A stretch of DNA of 62,971 bases, the filler included, from Nitrospinae bacterium RIFCSPLOWO2_12_FULL_45_22 (GTDB taxonomy: Bacteria > 2-12-FULL-45-22), in assembly GCA_001803565.1 (NCBI GenBank). It is 7 parts of 7 records of this genome, joined end to end, with 100 filler letters (N's around TTAATTAATTAA, not from the genome) between each part and the next. Parts side by side here need not be neighbours in the genome. Positions count along the whole stretch, not along the records: positions 27,017 to 40,873 come from MHDQ01000081.1; positions 40,974 to 48,282 come from MHDQ01000082.1; positions 48,383 to 55,663 come from MHDQ01000084.1; 4 more parts are not named here. One strand, given 5' to 3'. Shown piece by piece: positions 38,965 to 48,383 of the stretch; the stretch's first letter is position 1; the number at the start of each line of letters is the position of its first letter. A program made the position numbers and the translations under genes. The notes below the pieces were generated by a model. It did no database searches and was not told where the DNA came from. It saw only the letters and a list, made by a program, of their open reading frames with translations.

Positions 38965-39155
38965 ATCTCTATCAATTGCAGATGTTCGGTATGTATTATC
39001 CGTACCCGTTCACCCGCTTAATCCTTTATTTGCCACTAGGACCCAAAGACCTCATGTAGCCACAGGGCCCGGGTGCCCCATAGGTGCTGCTAAGATGGCA
39101 GCGTGAGACGCTGCTGCTAACTGCCGGTTGTCCAGCAGCTTGGGCTTAGAACGGA

Positions 39156-39821
39156 TCAGTTTTTCCAACCGTGTTGCCCAATCATCTTCACAAAAAAACA
39201 GGGGGAGAGGGTTATTACTCTCTTTCGCTCCCCATCTTTTATGACCTTGACCAGGGTCTGGGAGGTTTCGGTTCCCAGGGGGACAATCATGATACCCTTA
39301 TCTTTCAATTGACTTAATAAGGGTTCTGGTATTGTTGGGGAGGCAGCCGAGATAATTATCCGATCAAAGGGGGCGTCCTCACTCCAGCCATAACTACCAT
39401 CGGCTATCCTCATAAGGATATTGATATATCCCAGGCCTTCTATCAGTTCCCTGGCCTTAAGGGCTAATGTTTTGATCCTCTCAATAGAATAGACCTTCTC
39501 GCTTAATTCGGCCAGGACCGCGGTTTGATACCCGGACCCGGTGCCAATCTCCAGGACCCTTTCTGTCCCTTTTAACTCTAAAGTCTCTACCATAAAGGCT
39601 ACCATGTAAGGTTGGGAAATAGTCTGCCCCTCACCAATCGGTAAGGGATGATCCCCATATGCCTTACTGCGTAGTGCTTCCGGGACAAATAAGTGGCGGG
39701 GGATCTTTCTCATGGCCGTTAATACGCGCTGGTCTTTGATCCCCCGGGTGATCAACTGCTCCTTTACCATCTTGAGGCGGGAAGAAGGAAATTCCATTAT
39801 TGGCCCATTATCAAAACTCAA
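39156..39821 (-). CDS. pcm: Protein-L-isoaspartate O-methyltransferase
   Basis: PRHLFV, GQTISQPYMVA, VLEIGTGSGYQ, APFDRII; downstream of surE as usual. Confidence 0.95.
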   Translation of the reverse strand: MSFDNGPIMEFPSSRLKMVKEQLITRGIKDQRVLTAMRKIPRHLFVPEALRSKAYGDHPLPIGEGQTISQPYMVAFMVETLELKGTERVLEIGTGSGYQTAVLAELSEKVYSIERIKTLALKARELIEGLGYINILMRIADGSYGWSEDAPFDRIIISAASPTIPEPLLSQLKDKGIMIVPLGTETSQTLVKVIKDGERKRVITLSPCFFVKMIGQHGWKN

Positions 39822-40560
39822 TCCCCCAATCCAATAAATCTTTATAGGCAGAATAGTTAGTAAGGTCTATATGGAGGGGGGAAATAGAGATATTGCCTGT
39901 GTTTATAGCATGGAAATCAGTCCCTTCTTCTCCATACCAGCCATCTTCACCTCCTCCTAACCAGTAATATTTCTGGCCCCTCGGATCAACCTTTTCAATC
40001 ACTGCCCCACTATATCTTCTCTTACCCTGACGGGTAATTAATACCCCTTTCATCTCCTCTCTAGCCACATTGGGTACATTTACATTTAATATGGTATTGA
40101 GTGGTAGCCCTTTTTCTAGAATATATTGGCAGAGTTTCTGGCTGAAAGCGGCAGCTACCTGAAATTGGAAATTATTTCTCGTTACCAACGATACAGCGAT
40201 GGAGGGGATGCCAAGAAGGTTCCCTTCGATAGCAGCCATCACCGTGCCAGAATAGGTTATATCATCCCCCAGGTTTCCTCCTTCGTTTATCCCTACGGCT
40301 ATTAGGTTGGGTTTCTTATCCCGTAAAATGCCATTAACCCCCAGATTGATGCAGTCACTAGGGGTGCCATCCACCATGTACCAATGATCCTCGACCTCTT
40401 TTACCCGGAGGGGGCTATACAGGGTAACTGAATGGCTGGCTGCACTCCTATTCCGATCCGGGGCAAGGACATATATTTCCCCCAGCCCTACTAAGGAATC
40501 GTATAAAGCCCTTAATCCCGGCGAATAAATACCATCATCGTTTGAAATAAGGATAATCAT
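39811..40560 (-). CDS. surE: 5'/3'-nucleotidase SurE
   Basis: ILISNDDG, GTPSDC, GINEGGNLG, YSGTVMAA. Confidence 0.96.
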   Translation of the reverse strand: MIILISNDDGIYSPGLRALYDSLVGLGEIYVLAPDRNRSAASHSVTLYSPLRVKEVEDHWYMVDGTPSDCINLGVNGILRDKKPNLIAVGINEGGNLGDDITYSGTVMAAIEGNLLGIPSIAVSLVTRNNFQFQVAAAFSQKLCQYILEKGLPLNTILNVNVPNVAREEMKGVLITRQGKRRYSGAVIEKVDPRGQKYYWLGGGEDGWYGEEGTDFHAINTGNISISPLHIDLTNYSAYKDLLDWGIEF

Positions 40561-40661
40561 AAGGTTTGTCCTTTCTGATCATCATGGTATCTCGTAACAG
40601 TACAGCCAACTAAAGTCTTGACTACCCAGAGAAATTCAGGAGTCAGAATACAGAATTCAGA

Positions 40662-40861
40662 TCAGCCACCAAGGCACTAAGTCACCAAGGCATGAAGAGA
40701 GTCGAGCAAGCTCGACCACTACAAACTTTTTTGTAGGCTGTAGTGGCAGAGCTTGCTCTGCATAAGGCATGCAGCGTATGTCATACACCGGATAAATGAT
40801 CGTATCTGTTGGTGCCTTCGTGTCTTTGTGGCTGATAAAGCATAGCCTCGTGAACGGTTAC
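40662..40861 (-). mobile_element. MITE-like repeat copy 3 (inverted)
   Basis: Reverse complement of the 32051-32264 element; right end TGAACGGTTAC; degenerate left TIR GTAACAGTACAGCC displaced to ~40594. Confidence 0.85.
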
Positions 40862-41241
40862 TATTTTACTATCNNNNNNNNNNNNNNNNNNNNNNNNNNN
40901 NNNNNNNNNNNNNNNNNTTAATTAATTAANNNNNNNNNNNNNNNNNNNNNNNNNNNNNNNNNNNNNNNNNNNNATCCAGCGGCTCAAGTTGGCCCAGATG
41001 TTCTCTACTGGTCAGATAGAGGCCCAGATCCTTTATCCTACCAGACCCCTCTCCCTGGATAAATAAACCATAGCCGTTCCGCCACCAGGGCATTAAGTCA
41101 CTAAAGAACAAGCCGTGAAGAGTGAGCAGTAATGAGTTAACAGCTATCGGCTTACTCTTTACTCCTTACTGCTCACAGTTTAGTGGTCTTCGTGTCTTAG
41201 TGGCAGATAAAGGGTAATCGGGTGCCTAGATACTATATATC

Positions 41242-42480
41242 ATGAGGCTATATAAAGAATTTTGGTTATTGTGTAAAAAGACCTGGAATTTTTGGCGCCA
41301 GGAAAAGACCTCCTTAGAGCAAGGTTTTATTGCCCTGGGGATTTGCTCTTTAGGTGGTCTGGTAGCGGGTTTAGCCTTAGGGGCCATGGTGAAGCGCTTA
41401 GAACTATTACCGGGCCTAATTATCCTGATCCCGGCGGCTATAGGCATGCGAGGGAATGTCTTTGGTGCCCTGGGCTCCCGCCTGGGAACCCTGCAGCATA
41501 TGGGACTCTTTCGTCTGAGCCGCACCCGTCAAGAATTAAGCTACCAGAATGCCCATGCCTCTCTCCACCTGACTCTGGCTACTGCTTTATATCTGGGGAT
41601 AATGGCCAAGATTGTCGCCCTGGCCTTCGGTATAAAAGGTATCTCCTTGATAGAATTTTTGCTTATATCTATCCTGGGGGGGGTAATATCAGGCACTGTG
41701 ATCTTTTTTTTTACCTTACTGTTAGCCCTGGTATGTTATCGAAGACAATGGGATATGGATAATATAAGTGCACCTTTGATAACTGTAGCCGGTGATGCGG
41801 TAACTATCCCCTCCCTCTATCTAGCCAGTCTTCTAGTAGAAATCCCCTGGGTTACTCCACTGCTGTCTTTGTTCTTGTGTTTGATTTCCTTTTGGGGAAT
41901 AGCTTCGGGCTTCCGAGACGATTTATTGATATCACGTAGGATATTTCGAGAGAGCCTGCCGGTGTTGGCCTTAGCTGGGTTAATAGACCTTTTTGCCGGG
42001 ACAACCCTGGAACATCGGTTACAAATCTTTATCTCATTTCCGGCTCTCTTAGTCATTCTCCCATCATTCCTGGAGGATGTAGGGGCATTGGGTAGCATCC
42101 TGGCGGCCCGGCTGGCTTCTAAGCTTCATTTAGGAATAATTTCGCCCCAGAATTTACCGGACCTGCCCGCCTTACTAGACTTTACTATGATCCTGCTCTT
42201 TGCCGCACCAGTCTTTTCTATCCTGGGTATTAGTGCCCACTTAGTAGGGTATTTTGTGGGACTAAAGAGCCCTGGCTTGGGATATCTTTTGTTTATATCT
42301 CTCCTGGCAGGCTATTCATCTACTATTATCGCTCTGTTTGTGGCTTACTATGCCGCCATAGCTACTTTTCGCTACGGTCTTGATCCGGACAACCATGGCA
42401 TTCCTATAGTAACCAGTACTATGGATTTTTTGGGGGTATTATCTTTAATATTAACCATAATGCTTTTGGGGGTGGCTTAA
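41242..42480 (+). CDS. MgtE/SLC41-type divalent cation transporter (two membrane repeats, no CBS domain)
   Basis: GMRGNVFGALGSRL and GALGSILAARL repeats; DMDNISAPLITVAGD and GLDPDNHGIPIVTSTMD. Confidence 0.85.
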   Translation: MRLYKEFWLLCKKTWNFWRQEKTSLEQGFIALGICSLGGLVAGLALGAMVKRLELLPGLIILIPAAIGMRGNVFGALGSRLGTLQHMGLFRLSRTRQELSYQNAHASLHLTLATALYLGIMAKIVALAFGIKGISLIEFLLISILGGVISGTVIFFFTLLLALVCYRRQWDMDNISAPLITVAGDAVTIPSLYLASLLVEIPWVTPLLSLFLCLISFWGIASGFRDDLLISRRIFRESLPVLALAGLIDLFAGTTLEHRLQIFISFPALLVILPSFLEDVGALGSILAARLASKLHLGIISPQNLPDLPALLDFTMILLFAAPVFSILGISAHLVGYFVGLKSPGLGYLLFISLLAGYSSTIIALFVAYYAAIATFRYGLDPDNHGIPIVTSTMDFLGVLSLILTIMLLGVA

Positions 42481-42482
42481 TT

Positions 42483-43685
42483 ATGGAAAGGCCAGAAAAA
42501 AATGTTAAAAATATGCTTATTTCCGCCAAAGATACCTCAGAACTGATGCTGGACCTGGCTTATGCCGCTGTATTTTTTAACGACCGGGATATTGTTGAGG
42601 AAGTTATTGACCTGGAAAAAAATATGAGTGAGATTATTCATGACCTCCAGATCCTTTGTATCCTGGCTGGGAGGAGCCCAGAAGATGCCCAACAGGTCTC
42701 TGGTATACTACATATCGCCATGGCAATAGAGAAGATTGGAGACGAGGCCAGTGAGATTGCCCGGGTAGTAACTAAGGATCTGGGTATACCGGAGGAGTTA
42801 TTGCTGGACTTGCGCCATGCAGAAGAAGTAATAGGAAGAGCCATGGTAGGTGAGGATAGCCCATTACAGAATATCCCCTTACGAGAACTTAATCTGGCTC
42901 AGGATACCGGTATGTGGATAATAGCTATCCGCCGGGATAAAGACTGGATCATAGGCCCCGGTGGTGATGATATCCTCTATCGGGGAGATGTCCTTATCGT
43001 GCAGGGGGCAGAAGAGGGTTTGGAGAGCCTGAGTAATCTGGCTCGGAGCCTGTTACCTCGGAGTATCACTATCCCGGAAAGCAAAACCCCTTTGCCTGGC
43101 CTGGAGCAAGCGGTTGATTTAGTGGTAGAGCTAAAGGACCTGGCTGAGATAGCAGTCAATCTGGCTTATTCTTCAGTACTCTTTCAAGATAAGGCATTAG
43201 CGGTTGAAGTATCCGGTATGGAGGAACAGAGTGACAATATGCAGCGGGAGCTAGAGAAATGGGTCTTGACTACTGCCAGAGAGTATCCCCGGCCAGAGAA
43301 CCTCCGTGGGCTTATCCAATTGGCCCGGGCCTCTGAGGCTATTGTAGATGCCGCCCGGGGGATAACCAGTCTCATTGAAAAAGAAAAACCCCTCCACCCG
43401 GTTATTACGGTAGCTCTCCAGGAAACCCTGGAAGTAGTTATGCAGGAGATGATTGGCGCTGGGTCCAGGATAGCCGGGATGTCCTTAAAGCAGTTTCTGA
43501 AAACTACCAAGCTGGGCTTATCTCCACTGGCTATACAAAGAGGGAGGCGTTGGTTCTGCCGCCCCCGGCCCGACTTTATCCTCAAAGGAGAAGACCTTTT
43601 AATAGTAACTGGCCCGCCAGAGAGTGAAGATAAATTACAGCAATTATGCCAGGGTAAGGGTAATAAAATAAAGAAAAAACATTAA
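42483..43685 (+). CDS. Protein with duplicated PhoU-like and TrkA-C domains
   Basis: KDTSELMLDLAYAA and KDLAEIAVNLAYSS repeats, each followed by a TrkA-C segment (IIAIRR..W..GP...GDVLIV). Confidence 0.82.
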   Translation: MERPEKNVKNMLISAKDTSELMLDLAYAAVFFNDRDIVEEVIDLEKNMSEIIHDLQILCILAGRSPEDAQQVSGILHIAMAIEKIGDEASEIARVVTKDLGIPEELLLDLRHAEEVIGRAMVGEDSPLQNIPLRELNLAQDTGMWIIAIRRDKDWIIGPGGDDILYRGDVLIVQGAEEGLESLSNLARSLLPRSITIPESKTPLPGLEQAVDLVVELKDLAEIAVNLAYSSVLFQDKALAVEVSGMEEQSDNMQRELEKWVLTTAREYPRPENLRGLIQLARASEAIVDAARGITSLIEKEKPLHPVITVALQETLEVVMQEMIGAGSRIAGMSLKQFLKTTKLGLSPLAIQRGRRWFCRPRPDFILKGEDLLIVTGPPESEDKLQQLCQGKGNKIKKKH

Positions 43686-43706
43686 GAAAAATAGGGGGGA
43701 GGAGCT

Positions 43707-45377
43707 ATGGTCAAGTTAACGGGTGGGCAGGCATTTTGTGAATCCTTAAAAGTCCAAGGTGTACAGTATATATTTGGCACTCCGGGTACTACTGAGGTGC
43801 CTATTATAGACGCCCTTACTGAGTATGGAGAGTTGCAATATATCCTGACCCTGCATGAAGGGACGGCCTTAGGGATGGCTGATGGTTATGCCCGGGCGAC
43901 CAAAGAACCGGGGGTAGTCAGTGTCCATACTATAGTCGGGGTGGCCAATACTATAAATTATCTCTATAACAGCTACCGGGATCAGATACCTATTGTCTTG
44001 ACCGCGGGTTTTAAGGATACCCGGCTCCTGGGCCGGGGGGCTTTCCTGGAGACCCCGGACCTGCCAGAAGTGGTTCAGCAGTTAACTAAATGGAGCTGGC
44101 TGGTAATGCGGGCTGATACCATATCTGAAATAATGACCCGGGCCTGCAAGATCGCCACTACTCCGCCTCAAGGCCCGGTATTTGTGGCTATCCCTGAAGA
44201 CTTACAGCGAGAGGTCATTGATGTAGAAATCTCCCCCAGCCATAAGTATCGCATTCCCGGTCGTATCAGGCCGGATCAGGCCCAAATAGAAAAGGCCGGG
44301 CAACTCCTCATGGACTCAGCGCAACCAATTATTATTGCTGGTAATGAAGTAAGCCGGGCTGAGGCCCTGCCAGAGTTAACAGAACTAGCAGAAATTCTGT
44401 CTATACCGGTATTTGCAGAAGATATTATGTCCCTCTGCTACCTTACTTTTCCTAACCACCATCCCTTTTACCAGGGCCCGTTCTCACCAGCTAATCCCCT
44501 GGTACAATCGGCTGAGGTGGTTTTTGGGGTGGGCTGTAGGATGTTTATGCCCTTCAGATATTCTCCCGTCCCGCCCTTTCCGCCTACCGCTAAGATTATC
44601 CATCTCCATATTGATCCGCAGGAGATAGCCCGCATCTATCCAGTAGATGTACCTATGGTAGCAGATATAAAGGCGGCCCTGAAAGACCTCCTGGTATATA
44701 TTAAGGCCAACCTGCCTACCGAAAAGACCCAGCGATATAAGGAACGGGCAGAGCAATTAAGCCAGGCAAAGGCGGGATTAACCCCTAAAGGCCCTCCTGG
44801 TAGAACCACAGGCGAGATTACCCCCCAGGAGTTAATTATTACCCTGGGAGAAATATTGCCCGAGCAAGCTATTCTGGTTAATGAAGGTATTATGACCAGT
44901 CTTACCCTGCCTTATTTCCTCCGACTTAAGCCTTCCCAGGGCTATTATGCCAATAGTGGTGGAGGGTTAGGCTGGGGAGTACCGGCAGCTCTGGGGATAA
45001 AGCTGGCTATGAAGGACAGGCCGGTAATAGCTTTAGTAGGGGATGGGAGCCTCATATTTGGTATCCAGAGCCTCTGGACCGCCGCCCGCTACCAGATACC
45101 TATCATTATCCTGGTTTGCAATAACCGGGGCTATCAGGCTATCAAAGCGGCCCTGTTAGGCTATGGTGGTAAGGCCGCCGAGGAGAGGGTCTTCCCTGGC
45201 TGTGATATTACTGGACCCGAGATAGATTTCCCTTCACTAAGTAAAGGCTTTGGAGTAGCGGGCCGGAGCATAACGAGATTAGAGGAGCTAAGGCCGGCCT
45301 TTAATGAGGCCCTGCAAGCCCAGGCCCCATATCTGATTGACATAAGCCTTACGGGAGATATTCCTCCCCTACCTTAG
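43707..45377 (+). CDS. ThDP-dependent decarboxylase, benzoylformate decarboxylase-like
   Basis: FGTPGTTE, LHEGTALGMADGYAR, GGLGWGVPAA, GDGS...NN ThDP motif. Confidence 0.85.
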   Translation: MVKLTGGQAFCESLKVQGVQYIFGTPGTTEVPIIDALTEYGELQYILTLHEGTALGMADGYARATKEPGVVSVHTIVGVANTINYLYNSYRDQIPIVLTAGFKDTRLLGRGAFLETPDLPEVVQQLTKWSWLVMRADTISEIMTRACKIATTPPQGPVFVAIPEDLQREVIDVEISPSHKYRIPGRIRPDQAQIEKAGQLLMDSAQPIIIAGNEVSRAEALPELTELAEILSIPVFAEDIMSLCYLTFPNHHPFYQGPFSPANPLVQSAEVVFGVGCRMFMPFRYSPVPPFPPTAKIIHLHIDPQEIARIYPVDVPMVADIKAALKDLLVYIKANLPTEKTQRYKERAEQLSQAKAGLTPKGPPGRTTGEITPQELIITLGEILPEQAILVNEGIMTSLTLPYFLRLKPSQGYYANSGGGLGWGVPAALGIKLAMKDRPVIALVGDGSLIFGIQSLWTAARYQIPIIILVCNNRGYQAIKAALLGYGGKAAEERVFPGCDITGPEIDFPSLSKGFGVAGRSITRLEELRPAFNEALQAQAPYLIDISLTGDIPPLP

Positions 45378-45384
45378 TAGGAAG

Positions 45385-46773
45385 ATGCTGGAGAAGAGAT
45401 TACTCAGAGAATTTGAGAAGGCATTAAGCAAAGAGCGGGTGAAGTATCAGCCAGAAGACCTGATCAGTTATTCTTATGATGCCTATCTATCAGAGTTTCA
45501 GCCCGAGGCTGTCCTTTTGCCCTTATCTACTCAGGAACTAGTAAGGGTGATGAAAATAGCCACCCAGTACGAGGTTCCAGTCACACCCCGGGGGAGCGGT
45601 ACTAACCTGTTCAGTGGTTCTTTGGCCAAGCAAGGGGGCATTATTCTCTGCTTTTCCTTAATGAATAAGATACCGGAGATTGACCCGGCTAATCGTTACG
45701 CCATAGTAGAGCCCGGGGTAATAGTAGCTGATTTGCAGCGTCAGGTAGAGGCCAGGGGCCTCTTTTACCCGCCAGACCCGGGCAGCTCCAGCATAGCGAC
45801 TATTGGGGGTACTGTTAATACCAATGCTGGGGGGATGCGTGGGGTAAAATATGGTGTCACCCGTGACTATATTTTGGGCTTAGAGCTAGTCCTGGTCAAT
45901 GGTGATATTATCCAGGTAGGTAGCCGGGTAGCTAAGGACGTGGTAGGCTATGATTTGGTAAGGTTGATATGTGGTTCCGAAGGGACCCTCGCCCTCACTA
46001 CCCTGATTACCCTCCGCCTTCTACCAAAACCAGAAACCAGACGCACTATCCTGGCGGCTTATCTCCGACTGGAAGATGCCAGCCGGACAGTAGCAGAAAT
46101 AATGGGAGCCGGGATAATACCCGCTACTTTAGAGTTGATGGATAGGGTAATTATTAAGGCAGTAGAAGATTTCCTCCATATGGGCTTGCCCCTGGATGTC
46201 GAGGGTCTGTTATTGATAGAAGTAGATGGGTACCAGGGAGCGGTGATGCAACAGTTAGAGGTTATCTCCCATCTCTGTACCTCCTTAGGTGCCCAGTCAA
46301 TAAAGGTTGCTACCTCGGAACGCGAAAATGAGCAGTTGTGGCTGGCAAGACGCTCGGCCTTTGGGGCCATGGCCCGGGTAATGCCCAACTGCATCATCGA
46401 GGATGCCACGGTGCCTGTGAGCTACCTGCCAACGGCTATCAAGAGAGTTCAGGAAATTGCCCATAAATACGAGCTACTCATTGGTGTCTTAGCCCATGCC
46501 GGTGATGGCAATCTGCATCCCTTTATCCTGGTGGATGGCCGAAACCCGGAGGAGTTGCTAAAGGTAGAGAAAGCCAGTGAAGAGCTCTTTCGGTATGCTG
46601 TTTCGGTAGGAGGGACCCTTTCTGGGGAGCATGGTATTGGAACCGCTAAATACCGCTACCTGGGCCTCAAGCTAGACCCCCTGAGCCTGGAGATTATGCG
46701 CAAGATCAAAAAAATCTTTGATCCGCAGGGCATCTTGAATCCCGGCAGCTTTTTAGAATTGAGCAAGACATGA
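45385..46773 (+). CDS. glcD: FAD-linked 2-hydroxyacid oxidase/dehydrogenase, GlcD family
   Basis: PRGSGT, PPDPGS, TIGG..TNAGG, GSEGTL, HAGDGNLH, SGEHGIG, LNPG. Confidence 0.9.
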   Translation: MLEKRLLREFEKALSKERVKYQPEDLISYSYDAYLSEFQPEAVLLPLSTQELVRVMKIATQYEVPVTPRGSGTNLFSGSLAKQGGIILCFSLMNKIPEIDPANRYAIVEPGVIVADLQRQVEARGLFYPPDPGSSSIATIGGTVNTNAGGMRGVKYGVTRDYILGLELVLVNGDIIQVGSRVAKDVVGYDLVRLICGSEGTLALTTLITLRLLPKPETRRTILAAYLRLEDASRTVAEIMGAGIIPATLELMDRVIIKAVEDFLHMGLPLDVEGLLLIEVDGYQGAVMQQLEVISHLCTSLGAQSIKVATSERENEQLWLARRSAFGAMARVMPNCIIEDATVPVSYLPTAIKRVQEIAHKYELLIGVLAHAGDGNLHPFILVDGRNPEELLKVEKASEELFRYAVSVGGTLSGEHGIGTAKYRYLGLKLDPLSLEIMRKIKKIFDPQGILNPGSFLELSKT

Positions 46774-48023
46774 TTTTTACCGGGGCTGCCCAGAAGGATA
46801 TATATCACTGCCTGAAATGTGGCCTTTGCCTGGCTAGCTGCCCTATTTATAAAGAGTTAAGGGTAGAGGGCGTTGCGCCCCGTAGTAAAGTCCAACTGGC
46901 TAAAGCCTTGCTAGAAAACCGCTTAGAGCCATCTCGCCAGCTACAAGACTTACTAAGCCTCTGCTTAACCTGTCGTGCCTGTGAAGCAAATTGCCCCAGT
47001 GGACTCCAGTTGGAACCATTAATAATCACTATGCGGGCAGGGCTGGCAGCTCGATACCGGCTAAATTGGAAGAAGCGGTTCTTTTATAAGAAGATAATAG
47101 CTGAAAAGTGGTTTCTTCCATTTTCTAGCCAGGGGCTTAGGTTTCTCCAATATCTGCCCATTAAGCCCCGTATAGGTTCTGTCTATCCCCAGTATATACC
47201 CTGGTGGGAAAGACCATCCCTTAGCCGTGCCCTGCCGGAACATATTCCTGGCCAGAATAAAGAGGTTCGGGGAAGGGTTCTCTATTTTCCTGGTTGTTTG
47301 ACCGATTATATTGTCCCGACCATCGGTAGGAGTTTGATACGCGTTTTGACCCGCATGGGCTATGAAGTAATTCTCCCTAAGGGGCTTAGGTGCTGTAGTT
47401 ATCCGGTTTTTATGGCCGGTTACGAAGAATGGGCCCTGGCTAATTTGAAGAATAATTTGAAAGTCCTCTCTTCGTATGACGCCATTGGGGTAGTAACCAG
47501 TTGTCCTACTTGTGGACTGGCCTTAAAGAAGATATATTTATCTATCCTTAAGGAGCGCCAGGAAGATTTATCCTTAGCCCAATCCATCAGTGCTCGAACC
47601 TGGGATATAAGTGAGTTTATCTATAAAAATATTGATCTGTCAGGTTTATTGAGGGGGAGAAAACTATCCCGAATCGAACCGGAGATTATCTACCATGACC
47701 CCTGTCATCTGGCCTTTGGTCAGGGTATCAAGCAAGAACCGCGGGAAATCCTTGGTCAAGGGCTGGTTGGGGCACTGAAGGAGTTCGAAGGGCCGATAAC
47801 ATGTTGTGGCGCCGGTGGTGCTTTTCATTTATTCTTCCCGGATGTTTCTGCTAAAATAGCAAAAAATAGGGTTGAAGACATAAAGAAGGCCCAGGTAAAA
47901 ACGGTTGTTACTGGTTGTCCGGCATGTATTATCCAGTTAGGGAGCAATCTGGCGCAAGAACAGGAAGGTTACCAGGTTTTTCATACTATCCAATGGCTGG
48001 ATAGAGCCATCTTGAGCGTCTAG
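46770..48023 (+). CDS. glcF: Fe-S binding subunit with CCG domains, GlcF family
   Basis: CLKCGLCLASCP and CLTCRACEANCP ferredoxin motifs; YHDPCH, CCGAGG, GCPAC. Confidence 0.88.
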   Translation: MIFTGAAQKDIYHCLKCGLCLASCPIYKELRVEGVAPRSKVQLAKALLENRLEPSRQLQDLLSLCLTCRACEANCPSGLQLEPLIITMRAGLAARYRLNWKKRFFYKKIIAEKWFLPFSSQGLRFLQYLPIKPRIGSVYPQYIPWWERPSLSRALPEHIPGQNKEVRGRVLYFPGCLTDYIVPTIGRSLIRVLTRMGYEVILPKGLRCCSYPVFMAGYEEWALANLKNNLKVLSSYDAIGVVTSCPTCGLALKKIYLSILKERQEDLSLAQSISARTWDISEFIYKNIDLSGLLRGRKLSRIEPEIIYHDPCHLAFGQGIKQEPREILGQGLVGALKEFEGPITCCGAGGAFHLFFPDVSAKIAKNRVEDIKKAQVKTVVTGCPACIIQLGSNLAQEQEGYQVFHTIQWLDRAILSV

Positions 48024-48383
48024 GAATTCCTTGGTTAAAATTTTAGCCACGGATGGACACAGATTAGGCCACCAAGTCACTAAGTCACTAAGTTACTACA
48101 AGGGGTGACCTCTTAGAATCTGTCACAAAATAACTTGATCAATTGTATGGTATAGGAGTCTCCTTTTTTAGTGTAAGAAGAGGAGAGATGGGGATGGTAG
48201 GGATAGGGAGATTTATATATAATTCTTTTTATCTCCAATATCTCCTTTATCCCCTTATCTTACACATTTAACTTGATCAAGTNNNNNNNNNNNNNNNNNN
48301 NNNNNNNNNNNNNNNNNNNNNNNNNNTTAATTAATTAANNNNNNNNNNNNNNNNNNNNNNNNNNNNNNNNNNNNNNNNNNNNT

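Noticed and set aside
38784-39059. 91-aa ORF
   Set aside because: Antisense to tRNA-Pro; spurious
27017-40861. CRISPR array
   Set aside because: Repeats are dispersed, inverted or periodic, with no regularly spaced direct repeats separated by unique spacers and no cas genes
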